The notes below the pieces were generated by a model that was not told the DNA's origin, searched no databases, and worked only from the letters and a program-made list of their open reading frames with translations. The translations under genes were made by a program, and so were the position numbers. A DNA stretch of 63,451 bases, the filler included, from Octopus bimaculoides (Eukaryota), in the NCBI RefSeq assembly GCF_001194135.2. It is 6 parts of 5 records of this genome, joined end to end, with 100 filler letters (N's around TTAATTAATTAA, not from the genome) between each part and the next. Parts side by side here need not be neighbours in the genome. Positions count along the whole stretch, not along the records: positions 1 to 12,555 come from NC_068990.1; positions 12,656 to 30,914 come from NC_068997.1; 4 more parts are not named here. One strand, 5' to 3'. Below are positions 11,220-24,314 of this stretch, in pieces (the stretch's first letter is position 1; each line of letters begins with the position of its first letter).

Positions 11220-11282
11220 GGTCATTGCCTGGAATCAAACTCGGAATCTTGGGGTTAGTAGTCCGTGCTCTTAACCACCATA
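11043..11282 (-). mobile_element. Second copy of the tRNA-headed hammerhead-tail element
   Basis: The reverse complement reads tRNA-like head, (AAT)n, then the same tail. The core CTGATGA-A-GGCTG..CAGCC-AAAA has G12 changed to A. Confidence 0.75.
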
Positions 11283-11789
11283 AGATGTGATATGACATCT
11301 TATGGTGGTTAAGATGTCACCTTGGATTTGCAGTTTTTATGGATCTTTGTGTGGATTTAATTCATACGGATTCCTATCTTCATCTCTTGACATCCTGTTT
11401 GCCAAATTTTTCGCTGACCAAGGGATTCATCTGGATTTCATCAATCCCTACTTTCTTTATATATCATCATCGTGGAATCTATTGGGGCAGGTTTTCTATG
11501 GTCAAGATGCCCTTCCTGTCACCAACCCTTACCTGTTTACAAGCAAGGAAATAGTTGAGCCACAGCCAGAGATGTTCTTGTAGAATATTGGAAATCAATG
11601 ACACTGCTTGTATGACAGTGATACTCATTTACAACTGTAACACAGTGTCAAGACAAGGAGACACACACACACACACACGTATATTGTTAATAATGTGTAT
11701 AACTATTGTATTGTTTTCATATCTTTGTCGTACTATTGTATATTTCTTGGAAAAAAATGATGAATTTCCAAATGTGATTTCTTCCACAG

Positions 11790-11891
11790 AATCCTTAACA
11801 ATAAGGAATGGTACACAAATCTTAATGTTATTGATTTTCTTGCGAAATATGGCCGATTTTTCCGACTAGCTGATATGCTGTCGAAACACAG
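11790..11891 (+). CDS. YARS2: YARS2 coding exon 5
   Basis: Encodes ILNNKEWYTNLNVIDFLAKYGRFFRLADMLSKH, the TyrRS NN..W...FL...GR.FR..ML pattern. CCACAG acceptor and GTAAAT donor, phase 2/2. Confidence 0.92.
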
Positions 11892-12363
11892 GTAAATATT
11901 AGTCATTTTATATATATGAGGGTGTGTGTGTATGTGTGTGTCTCAATTAACTCCACCAACCCTTCATAATTCTTTGTTGTTCACTTTTGTAATATTTCGC
12001 TTTTCTCTCTTGTCATATCACATTATCTTATATTACAAACAATATCTCACTCAGTATATATATATATATATATATACAAATAATATGAGTATATGCATAT
12101 ATATGTACATATATATATCTATACATGCATACATATATATATATATATATCATTAATTAGATATATTCTGTTAGAATATTACACACTGAATTTATAATGA
12201 GTGCTCTTTGCATAAAATATCAAAAATATTAATACTATAAAGTATTTAGACATTAATACGAGTGATTATATATCCTGTATTTTGAAATAATATCATGAAA
12301 TTCAATATCAAAAAAATTCAAACACACACTTATAATAGAACTTGGTAATTATTCTCCTTCCAG

Positions 12364-12478
12364 TGTGAAGAGTCGTTTGTCAAGTCCTGAAGGAATGAAT
12401 TTTACAGAGTTTACTTACCAAATGTTCCAGTCTTTTGATTGGTTAACTTTACTCAAACATTACAATTGTTCCATTCAG
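12364..12478 (+). CDS. YARS2: YARS2 coding exon 6
   Basis: Encodes VKSRLSSPEGMNFTEFTYQMFQSFDWLTLLKHYNCSIQ, the TyrRS EFxYQxxQxxD motif. TTCCAG acceptor and GTAATC donor. Confidence 0.95.
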
Positions 12479-12754
12479 GTAATCCTTTATTATCATCATC
12501 ATCATCATCATCATCATCGTTTAACGTCCGCTTTCCATGCTAGCATGGGTTGGACNNNNNNNNNNNNNNNNNNNNNNNNNNNNNNNNNNNNNNNNNNNNT
12601 TAATTAATTAANNNNNNNNNNNNNNNNNNNNNNNNNNNNNNNNNNNNNNNNNNNNACACACATATATACATACATACATACACACATATACATATATACA
12701 CACACACACACACAAACATATAAACACATACACATGCATACATATATCCATATG

Positions 12755-12790
<36 letters not shown>

Positions 12791-13357
12791 TATATATACA
12801 TGTATACACACACACACACACATATATATACATGTATACACACACACACACACACACATACATGTACACACACACATCCACACACACATTAATGACAAAT
12901 CTACAGCTAAAGCTGTGTTCACAATGACCTTATTTTACTTAACCATTGACATAATTTTGAAAAAAAACGTGTTCCAGCTATGCTAACCTGGGAAAACTAA
13001 TGATTTATGGAACAATAAATAAATGAACAAAGAACAAACTGACTTTTCAAAGCAAAAAGAAAACAAAAAAGAAACAAAACGAAATTTCACACAAAACAAC
13101 ACCGTTTTTCTAGTTTTTTGTTTCACTTTCAGCGTTTGCTTGTCTAAATTTCACTTTTCACCACTGTAAACAGGAAGTTGGCTGAGTTTTATTTCAAGTG
13201 GTGCTGAGGAATACAAACAAGTACCTAGGAAATGTAAGAGGTTGAGGGTGGATATGGCAGAAGGAAATGGAGAGAGAGAGAGAGAATGCAATACGACTTG
13301 ATGTCCTAATGGCTGGAGGGAAAAATGTGTGTAGTGTCAAAATAAATAATAATAATG

Positions 13358-13398
<41 letters not shown>

Positions 13399-13402
<4 letters not shown>

Positions 13403-13730
13403 CGGTGGCAAGAAAAGCCCTTGCATGGCAAATACTGGGCTAAATTAAATGCAAAAGAAATAGACAGAGAAAAATCCCAGCAATGGTTGAGAAGCTCAGG
13501 ACTCAAAGCAGAGACTGAAGGATTTTTAATTGCAGCACAAGACCAAAGCCTCCCCACCAGAAATTACCAAAAACATATAATGAAAAGAAACATAACAAAT
13601 AACTGTAGAATATGTGGTGATGGACAAGAAACAATAAATCATATCTCTGGCTGCCCAGTCCTGGCCAAGAAGGAATATATTCACAGACACGACAGAGCTG
13701 GGACCTGCATACACTGGATGCTACGCCAAC
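13399..13730 (+). mobile_element. R4/Dong-type (RLE) non-LTR retrotransposon ORF fragment, zinc-knuckle region
   Basis: KPLHG...WLRSSGLKAETEGFLIAAQDQSLPTRNY...CRICG..ETINHISGC..LAKKEYIHRHD..IHW. The fragment starts directly after an (AAT)n tract. Confidence 0.85.
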
Positions 13731-14946
13731 ACGGTTACAATACCAGTGATTGTAGGAGCCTATACAGAAACAGAAACATAGCTTTATATACACAAATACA
13801 CAGACACACATACACAGAAGCACACACACATACACACACACACACACACACACATCAGTATGCACTCACAGAAATGCCTACATTGGCAAACTTAAGTAAC
13901 TGTGCATGTGTACATTCATACACACACACATTCACAAACACACGTGTGTGCGCACACACAGATATTTATGCACACAGTTGTCAGGGTTGATAGCAGAATG
14001 TGGCAAAGAATATTTTGTGAGAGTTTTACACTCAGTGCCACCCAAGATTGTCTCTTTCAGTTCTGGTTTCACTCAGCATTCTTTAGCATTTTTCATGTTT
14101 AATGACAATTTTTGGATCAGATTTCCTTGGAATATATCCTACAATTGACATGAAACATTCATTATTTACTGAAAAATTGTTCTCTGTGTGTTTGTGTATA
14201 TATATATATATATATTTGTGTGTGTGTGTGTGTGTGTGCACGTGTGTATGTTTGTGTATATCTTGTGTATGTAAGAAATCATCATCACCGTTACTATCAT
14301 TGGTGGTGGTGGTGGTGGTGATTATAGCTGTGATGATGATGGTGGCGGTGATGATGATGACGATGATTGTGGTGCTGATGGTGTTCATCTTCCTGGCTCC
14401 CTAAGACAAAGATCTAAGAGACACAGAGACGGACAGAGACAGAGAGAGAGAAAGAAAGAGAGGGACAGATAGACAGAGAGAGAAACTGGCTGAGTGACAA
14501 AACATGATGATTATTATGAAGTAGAGTTTGCCAGAGTTTCAAGACCAACATTAGAAAAGAAAAACAGAAATCAAAAGCAGAAATCAAGGAACATTTTCTG
14601 TTTTAAAACTGGCAGAAACACTCGGAAATAACTAATGCTAGCTTCATGTACATCTCTACTGTTTGTTGAAGGAGGGAGAGAAGAAGAAGAAGAAGAAGAA
14701 GAAGAAGAAGAAGAAGAAGAAGAGGAGGAGGGAAATATTGAGAACAAGAAGCAGAAAGAAAAAGACAGATGTGTGTGTGTGGAGAGAGAGAGAGAGAGAG
14801 ACAGTAATGAATAGAGGAAGAAGAAAAGAGAATCAAATGAAGAAGAAAAGAGAATCAAATGAAGAAGAAAAAAAGGAAGAGACAAGAAAACGAATAAGAA
14901 GTTGGAAAAGAGAGAGAAAGGCACAGAGACAGAGAGTGAGAGAAAG

Positions 14947-14985
<39 letters not shown>

Positions 14986-15379
14986 CACAGAGAGAGAGAA
15001 AGGCACAGAGAGAGAGAAAGGCACAGAGANNNNNNNNNNNNNNNNNNNNNNNNNNNNNNNNNNNNNNNNNNNNNNNNNNNNNNNNNNNNNNNNNNNNNNN
15101 NNNNNNNNNNNNNNNNNNNNNNNNNNNNNNNNNNNNNNNNNNNNNNNNNNNNNNNNAGAGAGAGAGAAAGGGAGTTGAATTTAATAAAAAAAAAATGAAA
15201 GAGAGCAAGAAAGAAGAAAGTCAAAAGAAAAACGAAACAATCGTCAAGAAAACTTGTTAAAGATGTTAATTACAAGATTTTGGTAAAGTGCAGAGACTTG
15301 TTTAATAGTGGAAGAGTGGGGGGGAGAAGGGGGAAAGAATTTAGTGTTATATCGCTGAAACTGTGTATTAGTGTATGGA

Positions 15380-15410
<31 letters not shown>

Positions 15411-15634
15411 CATGCGTGTATGTTTGTGTGTCTAAATGAATATACATATGTACATTCGTATGTATGCATATGTGCATATATTTGTTTATGTATGTATATG
15501 TTTGTGCATAAGTGAATATGCGTGTGTATGTGTATGCAAGTATATATGTATGTATGTGCATGTATTTGGGTATGTGTAAGTGCATTTGAGTGTGTGTATG
15601 TATATATATATATATATATGTATATATTTGAGTT

Positions 15635-15692
<58 letters not shown>

Positions 15693-16309
15693 GACAGTTA
15701 CATATTTGTGTACATGGTTATATATTGTACATATATTGTACATATATTGTACATATATTGTACATATAGTGTACATGGTTATATATTGTATTTTATACAT
15801 GTGCATTTATGTGCATGCGTGTGTGCATACGGTTGTTAAATTGCACTATGTTAGAAAAACTAGTTCCATGTAGCTATTTTCATTCAGACATTTTTCTCTC
15901 TCTTTCTCTTTTTCGTGTCATTTTTTTTATTCCTTTTCTTTCTGTTCGACCAACCACACAACATTGGACATTTTACTATTGAAGAATAATCAATTTTTCT
16001 TCACTTTCCATTGCTTCTTCCATCACTCTAAATACGCTTATGTGTCCCTGTTACACATGTCTCTCTCTGTCTCCCTATAATTGTCTGCTTGTCTCTTTAC
16101 ACATGTCTCTCTATCCCTCTACTCATGTCTGTCTGTATTACTCTTCCTACATGTGTCTTCTTGTAGCTGTTTGGCTTACATTTGATTTGTCCACCTTTTT
16201 TCTGTCTGTCTGTCTACTTTAGGTCTATCTGTCTGTTTGTCTGTGTACTTTGTGTTGGTCTATATATCTACCACACATCTATCTGTCTATCTTATATCTG
16301 TCTGCATAT

Positions 16310-17070
16310 TTCACTTGTACATCATACATCTGTACCTGTCTACTTAAATCTGTCTATCTGTACTTGTCTCCTTACATCTGTCTGTCTGACCTGTCCTCTT
16401 ACATCTGTTTATCCATACCTGTCCTCTTACATCTGTTTATCCAAATCTGTCCTCTTACATCTGTTTATCCATACCTGTCATCTTACATCTGTCTGTCCAT
16501 ACCAGTCTACATCTGTCTGTCCATACTAGTCTACATCTATCTGTTCGTACCTGTCTACATCTGTCTGTTTGTACCTGTCTCCTTACATCTGTCTGTTTGT
16601 ACCTGTCTCCTTACATCTGTCTGTCTGTGCCTGTCTCCTTACATCTGTCTATTTGTACCTGTCTCCTTACATCTGTGTCTGTACCTGTCACCTTACATCT
16701 GTCTGTCTGTACCTGTCTCCTTACATCTGTCTGTCTGTACCTGTCTCCTTACATCTGTCTGTCTGTACCTGTCTCCTTACATATGTCTGTCTGTACCTGT
16801 CTCCTTACATCTGTCTGTCTGTACCTGTCTCCTTACATCTGTCTATTTGTACCTGTCTACTTACATCTGTCTATCAATATCTATCCTCTTATATCTGTCT
16901 GCCAATACCAGTCCTCATACATCTCACTGTCTGTACCTGTCTCCTTACATCTGTGTCCGACTTATTCTCTTAACATCTGTCTGCTCATACCAATCTACAC
17001 CTATCTGTCTATACCTGTCTCGTTACATTTGTTTGTTCGTATCTGTTTACATCTGTCTGTACCTGTCTCC
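16310..17070. repeat. Minisatellite with an approximately 28-bp unit (TGTACCTGTCTCCTTACATCTGTCTGTC)
   Basis: Directly visible tandem array. It is most homogeneous around 16570-16850 and degenerates at the edges. Confidence 0.9.
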
Positions 17071-17852
17071 TAACATCTGTTTGTCCACAACAAATCTTCT
17101 GAGATCTCTTTCACCTTTCTTCTACCACAATCTTCCTCTTCTCTTTAGCATTACTCTCCTATCTTCCACATCAATCTCTCCACAACAGTCCTCTATCCCC
17201 CTCTATCTACCCCTGTTTCTCTACCTTCATATTCTTCTTACTCTTTCCCTCTCTGTCTCTTCCTATTTCCCTCCCTATTTTCTTCCTCTCTCTCTCTCCT
17301 TAAATACAAATATACTCTTGCATGTGTGTATATGTGCATTGATACGTGTGTGTGTGTGTACAAATATCCTACTGATATTTTCATATTAATTACAGCTGCC
17401 AAAAATCTTGGTGAGCTCTATTGATTTATCATTACACACCCACCCGGCTACCNNNNNNNNNNNNNNNNNNNNNNNNNNNNNNNNNNNNNNNNNNNNNNNN
17501 NNNNNNNNNNNNNNNNNNNNNNNNNNNNNNNNNNNNNNNNNNNNNNNNNNNNNNNNNNNNNNNNNNNNNNNNNNNNNNNNNNNNNNNNNNNNNNNNNNNN
17601 NNNNNNNNNNNNNNNNNNNNNNNNNNNNNNNNNNNNNNNNNNNNNNNNNNNNNNNNNNNNNNNNNNNNNNNNNNNNNNNNNNNNNNNNNNNNNNNNNNNN
17701 NNNNNNNNNNNNNNNNNNNNNNNNNNNNNNNNNNNNNNNNNNNNNNNNNNNNNNNNNNNNACAAATATGTGTATATATATATATGTATGTATGTATTTAC
17801 ATTTAAACATATATATGTGCATTTAAATATATATACATTTATATATGTATAC

Positions 17853-17895
<43 letters not shown>

Positions 17896-18134
17896 GTGAA
17901 AGAGAAAGAGAGACAGACAGACAAACATACATATATATACATACACAAATATATATATAATATTATACACACACACGTTAAACACACTTCTCTGAATAGA
18001 CTGGGTAAACAATCTAATATATATGTGCATGTATGTGCGTGTATACATATCTATGTGTGTGAGTATGTGGATACACATGCACCTAATTAGAATGATGGAA
18101 ATAGTTACAAATATATATATGTATGTGTGTGTGT

Positions 18135-18191
<57 letters not shown>

Positions 18192-18359
18192 CAGAAGTTA
18201 GTCTATACTCCTAGCTTAAGTGTTGTAAACATTTATTCAGTTATACATGTATGTATATATGTATATACCTCAAAATAGAAAGTAGATTGTAAACAGTTTT
18301 AGATAAGTATAAATGAGTTTGTTTATGTGTGTGTGTACATATATGTGTGTATATATGTA

Positions 18360-18403
<44 letters not shown>

Positions 18404-18462
18404 CACATACATTATGTTATATATATATGTGATAACAATAGTAACAATAGAAAGAAACTATA

Positions 18463-18622
18463 GGCGCAGGGGTGGCTGTGTGGTAAGAAGCTTGCTTCCC
18501 AACCACATGGTTCCGGGTTCAGTTCCACTGTGTGGTACCTTAAGCAAGTGTCTTGTACTATAGCCTCAGGCCAACCAAAGCTTTGAGAGTGGATTTGGAA
18601 GACAGAAACTGAAATAAGCTCA

Positions 18623-18624
<2 letters not shown>
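18463..18624 (+). mobile_element. tRNA-derived SINE head (GGCGCAGGxGTGGCTGTGTGGTAAG family)
   Basis: GGTTCAGTTCC B-box-like motif. Further copies or parts lie at about 20470, 26089, 28245, 35690, 44230, 52340, 59750 and 61872. Confidence 0.75.
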
Positions 18625-18669
<45 letters not shown>

Positions 18670-20966
18670 CGCGTGCGTGTTATCATATATATATATATAT
18701 GTTTAGGGGATCCTGGCTTTGGGTGAAAGAAAATACAAGGGCATCAGTTAATTATGATTTTATTGAACCTATTCCCCTCTCAGATTCACACCTTTATCAC
18801 ACCAGCCCNNNNNNNNNNNNNNNNNNNNNNNNNNNNNNNNNNNNNNNNNNNNNNNNNNNNNNNNNNNNNNNNNNNNNNNNNNNNNNNNNNNNNNNNNNNN
18901 NNNNNNNNNNNNNNNNNNNNNNNNNNNNNNNNNNNNNNNNNNNNNNNNNNNNNNNNNNNNNNNNNNNNNNNNNNNNNNNNNNNNNNNNNNNNNNNNNNNN
19001 NNNNNNNNNNNNNNNNNNNNNNNNNNNNNNNNNNNNNNNNNNNNNNNNNNNNNNNNNNNNNNNNNNNNNNNNNNNNNNNNNNNNNNNNNNNNNNNNNNNN
19101 NNNNNNNNNNNNNNNNNNNNNNNNNNNNNNNNNNNNNNNNNNNNNNNNNNNNNNNNNNNNNNNNNNNNNNNNNNNNNNNNNNNNNNNNNNNNNNNNNNNN
19201 NNNNNNNNNNNNNNNNNNNNNNNNNNNNNNNNNNNNNNNNNNNNNNNNNNNNNNNNNNNNNNNNNNNNNNNNNNNNNNNNNNNNNNNNNNNNNNNNNNNN
19301 NNNNNNNNNNNNNNNNNNNNNNNNNNNNNNNNNNNNNNNNNNNNNNNNNNNNNNNNNNNNNNNNNNNNNNNNNNNNNNNNNNNNNNNNNNNNNNNNNNNN
19401 NNNNNNNNNNNNNNNNNNNNNNNNNNNNNNNNNNNNNNNNNNNNNNNNNNNNNNNNNNNNNNNNNNNNNNNNNNNNNNNNNNNNNNNNNNNNNNNNNNNN
19501 NNNNNNNNNNNNNNNNNNNNNNNNNNNNNNNNNNNNNNNNNNNNNNNNNNNNNNNNNNNNNNNNNNNNNNNNNNNNNNNNNNNNNNNNNNNNNNNNNNNN
19601 NNNNNNNNNNNNNNNNNNNNNNNNNNNNNNNNNNNNNNNNNNGGAGGAGTTGATTAATGAATCTTACTTCCTGTTTGATAGTGATTTCTTTTGATTTGGC
19701 ACAGGGTGTAGATTTTGATGGAGGAGTGGGTGGAGAGAGTGCACTGGAGGAGGAGGAGGAGGAGGAGGAGGGAAACAGAGATACAGGAAGTGATAGCTGG
19801 GGAGAAAGGGAGAGGTAGAGTGTACATAAGAGTGAAAGCAGGGACGAGGAATAGAGTGGCAGAGAGAGAAAGGAAAGAAAAGTGGAGCACAAAAGACACA
19901 AGGAGGGAGAGAGAGTGTGGATAAGAGAGAAAGAGGAAAAGAATATAAGAAGAGAAAGAGAGAGGGGAGAGAGGCAAGGAGTGAATAAGTAAAAAGTAAG
20001 AGAGAGAGAGAGAGAGAAATGAGAGCAAGAGAGAGAGAGAAATAGAGGGAAAGAGAAATAGAGCACAAAAGTGAGAGAAAGAGAGAGAGATGTGGAGAGA
20101 GTAGATAAGAAAGAGAGAGAGAAATAAAGCAAGAAAGTGTGTAAGAGAGAGAGGGGGGAGAGAGATTGGCTTAGAGAAAAGAGAAGAAAAAGAATGAGAG
20201 GAGATAGTGGAGAGAGAGAAGGTGAGAGAGAGAGGAAAAGAGAGACACTGATAAGAGGGGAAGGGCAATGGAGCAAAAAAGAAAGAGAGAATCCAGGTTG
20301 ATAAGAGAAAAAGAAAAAGTATGACCAAGATAGTGGAAATTTCAAATGGTAGCTCAGTCCATTTAGCTGTAAAACAGGCATTGAATGGTAAGAGGAAATC
20401 ATCATTATAGAGAGCCTGAAGCATTGATGAGCATTGAACTATCAATTGATTGATTTATTTATATCAATACAGGCATGGCTATGTAGTAAGACCATTTCCT
20501 CACTGATTACATGGTTTCAGGTTCAGTCCTACTGGATGGCACCTTGGACAAGTGCTTTCTGCTATTAGCTTCTGGCCAACCAAAGCCCTTTTGAGAAGGT
20601 CTTGCAAGCAGAAACTGAAAAAAGCCCATATATATATATATATATATANNNNNNNNNNNNNNNNNNNNNNNNNNNNNNNNNNNNNNNNNNNNNNNNNNNN
20701 NNNNNNNNNNNNNNNNNNNNNNNNNNNNNNNNNNNNNNNNNNNNNNNNNNNNNNNNNNNNNNNNNNNNNNNNNNNNNNNNNNNNNNNNNNNNNNNNNNNN
20801 NNNNNNNNNNNNNNNNNNNNNNNNNNNNNNNNNNNNNNNNNNNNNNNNNNNNNNNNNNNNNNNNNNNNNNNNNNNNNNNNNNNNNNNNNNNNNNNNNNNN
20901 NNNNNNNNNNNNNNNNNNNNNNNNNNNNNNNNNNNNNNNNNNNNNNNNNNNNNNNNNNNNNNNNNN

Positions 20967-21009
<43 letters not shown>

Positions 21010-21012
<3 letters not shown>

Positions 21013-21184
21013 TAGCCACTGAACCGTTTCTATTTTCTCCCCCTGTTTATTTCTGTGTTCCTTTCTGCTGAAGAGCGTAGGCTCGAAACGTAAAAGACTT
21101 TCTTACTTCCCAAGAGTTAAACTAATACACCTGTTTGTTGCTTACACACCTGTCTTCATCTTTTGTTTTTTTGTAAATTCTCAC

Positions 21185-21185
<1 letters not shown>
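21010..21185 (+). mobile_element. Penelope-type terminal fragment with a degenerate minimal hammerhead
   Basis: CTTT-CTGCTGA-A-GAGC-GTAG-GCTC-GAAA-CGTA-AAAG at 21061-21096, with A6 changed to C. The downstream tail is shared with 52000-52098. Confidence 0.65.
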
Positions 21186-21231
<46 letters not shown>

Positions 21232-21604
21232 CAGAGAGAGAGAGATCATTATCATCATTTAATGTCTGCCTTCCATGCTGACATGGGTTGGACAGTTTGA
21301 CAGGAGCCAACTAGGTAGGAGACAACACCAGGCTACTGTGTCTGTTTTGGCATGGTTTTTACAGTTGGGTACCCTCTTCCTAACACCAACCACGCTGCAG
21401 AGTTACATACATATAACTTCTAATGAAGTTCATATGATAATCATTTATTCCTTTGTCATCTGTCTTTCTTATTACCATTCTGTACTCGTCCAACATTTTG
21501 CTCTGAAACATACGTGTATTGAGTTCTGTGCCAGCTTATTAGAATCAGAATGCCTAAGCAGAATATTAAAACACAAAAACTCTCATCCGGAAGAGTTTTA
21601 AGAA

Positions 21605-21648
<44 letters not shown>

Positions 21649-23079
21649 NNNNNNNNNNNNNNNNNNNNNNNNNNNNNNNNNNNNNNNNNNNNNNNNNNNN
21701 NNNNNNNNNNNNNNNNNNNNNNNNNNNNNNNNNNNNNNNNNNNNNNNNNNNNNNNNNNNNNNNNNNNNNNNNNNNNNNNNNNNNNNNNNNNNNNNNNNNN
21801 NNNNNNNNNNNNNNNNNNNNNNNNNNNNNNNNNNNNNNNNNNNNNNNNNNNNNNNNNNNNNNNNNNNNNNNNNNNNNNNNNNNNNNNNNNNNNNNNNNNN
21901 NNNNNNNNNNNNNNNNNNNNNNNNNNNNNNNNNNNNNNNNNNNNNNNNNNNNNNNNNNNNNNNNNNNNNNNNNNNNNNNNNNNNNNNNNNNNNNNNNNNN
22001 NNNNNNNNNNNNNNNNNNNNNNNNNNNNNNNNNNNNNNNNNNNNNNNNNNNNNNNNNNNNNNNNNNNNNNNNNNNNNNNNNNNNNNNNNNNNNNNNNNNN
22101 NNNNNNNNNNNNNNNNNNNNNNNNNNNNNNNNNNNNNNNNNNNNNNNNNNNNNNNNNNNNNNNNNNNNNNNNNNNNNNNNNNNNNNNNNNNNNNNNNNNN
22201 NNNNNNNNNNNNNNNNNNNNNNNNNNNNNNNNNNNNNNGTGTGTGTGTGTGTGCATGTATGAGTGTGTGTGTGTGTGTGCATGCATGAGTGTGTGTGCGT
22301 GCATGCATGTGTGTGTGTGCATGCATGTGTGTGTGCATGCATGTGTGTGTGTGTGTGTGTGAACATGATTCACATACAGTAACGGATATCTTTTAGCTTT
22401 TATCTATTTCATTCATTAAACTGCCCAGTCTGGAGCACCAAGTCAAATAAATCAATCCCAGTGCTTTTTTTTTTCTTATTCTTTTTAAGCTTGGTGCTTA
22501 CTTTATCGATCACGTTTTGCCAGACCACTAAGTTACAGAAACATAAAACAAACCACCACCAGTTGTCAAGTAGTGGACAGGGAACAAACAGAAACACAAA
22601 GACACACACACACACACAAACAACAGGCTTCTTTCGGTTTCCATATATGAATACACCACACACTGCAACGGCCATGTGTGTGTGTGTGTATGTGACTATG
22701 CTAATTTGCAGAGTGTCATGGTTGTGCGTATGAGTATTCCACACGCTGCCATGGTTGCGTGAGTACACCACTTTCACACGAGCAGCATGCGTACTAAAAC
22801 ACTTTGATAGGAAGCCAAATCGTAGAGAAATGGTTAGATTAATTCTATCTTAGCGAATCTGTCAGTGTTGTCTCCAGACATTACCAATTTCGGCATCAGA
22901 ACGGCAACTTTGTTCTGTGAGAATAAAAGACAGACAAATACAACAACAACAACAGCAAGGAGAATTGTTCTGTAGCCACATCAAAGGAATTGGTTTGGAG
23001 TGCACGGGAGGAAAATATGTCATGTACGGAAAACAGTGAAGTCACTTGGTGTAGAATGCTATCAATAAATATACACAAC

Positions 23080-23113
<34 letters not shown>

Positions 23114-23246
23114 CATACACACACTCTGTATATATACACACACATTACATATATACACATATGTACACACTATACATATACACATACATACACATATGTA
23201 CACACTATACATATACACACACACAACCACACATATGTACTACATG

Positions 23247-23339
<93 letters not shown>

Positions 23340-24099
23340 TAGAGAGAGAGAGGGGGGGAAGACATTGAATGACACATATGGGGAGGTACACGGCTTAATG
23401 GTTAGGGTATTGTATTGAGAAAGAGTAAGAGACAGAGAGACAGAGAAAGCGAGAGATACATATGTGTTTACTTGTGAGTATTGTCAAAGTTGACCACATA
23501 CACATTACTTGAAGTTTTGTGCTAGAGAGGCATTCATCAAATGGTATATCAACGCTAATATACCATCTTCAAAAACATCTGGGAAAGCTAAAAGATTGTT
23601 GTGTTTTTGATTTTGCTTTGCATTTTCTTTTCTTTTTATTTTTTTTTAGAAAAACAATAGGAAGTCAGTGATATGTCCACCAAAATATCACCACTCTGGA
23701 CATTTGACCTTTGCAAATAGATCAACGAGACAATGCCCGATGCTGCATTGAAAAAAAAAACCAAAGAAAACCAACAGAGACATTATTTTGAAGTTAACAA
23801 TACTAAGCTAACAATATGAACCTTTTGATTCACTCAGACAGACAAATTCCATTTAGAAGTTGTTATGAAGGAAGTTTGTCTGTCTGGGAGAATCGTTCTC
23901 TTCGGTGAGCCCCATCTATGATCAAGCACATTCTAACCATGGCTATCTGATCTTTTTCCAAGGCAAAATCCACCTAGGACTACACTATACAGTGTGACCC
24001 CCATCTATGATCAAACACATTCTAACCATGGCTACCTGGTCTTCTTCCGAGGTAAAATCCACCTCTTAAGCGGTAGTTAGAGCTGTATGTGATTTGAAA

Positions 24100-24303
24100 T
24101 TTGGGGACTAGTACTTTGGGGTTTAAAGAATGTTGCAATGTTGAAGGAGGACAGTTTGAGCATCTGAGAGATTAAACATTGTCTGTTTAAAATGTCCATA
24201 AACGATATGATTGTAAGATAGAAATTTAAACGTAACAAAATGTTTCAAAAGAAATTTAAAGTGCCTACGTGATAACTGTAAACCTTCTTTTGGGCCACCC
24301 AGT
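24100..24303 (+). mobile_element. Tc1/mariner 3' end remnant
   Basis: CNVEGGQFEHL resembles a Tc1/mariner transposase C-terminus. It is followed by a TIR-like TTTTGGGCCACCCAG and TA. Confidence 0.55.
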
Positions 24304-24314
24304 ATATATGTATG

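Noticed and set aside
12600-12611. TTAATTAATTAA islands between N runs (also at about 30959, 35995, 40009 and 62129)
   Set aside because: The identical 12-mer sits in the middle of equal N runs and has stops in all frames. It is an assembly gap marker, not biology.
16250-17389. 379-aa ORF with LYLSPYICLSVPVSLHLSVCTCLLTSV repeats
   Set aside because: It is the translation of the 28-bp minisatellite.
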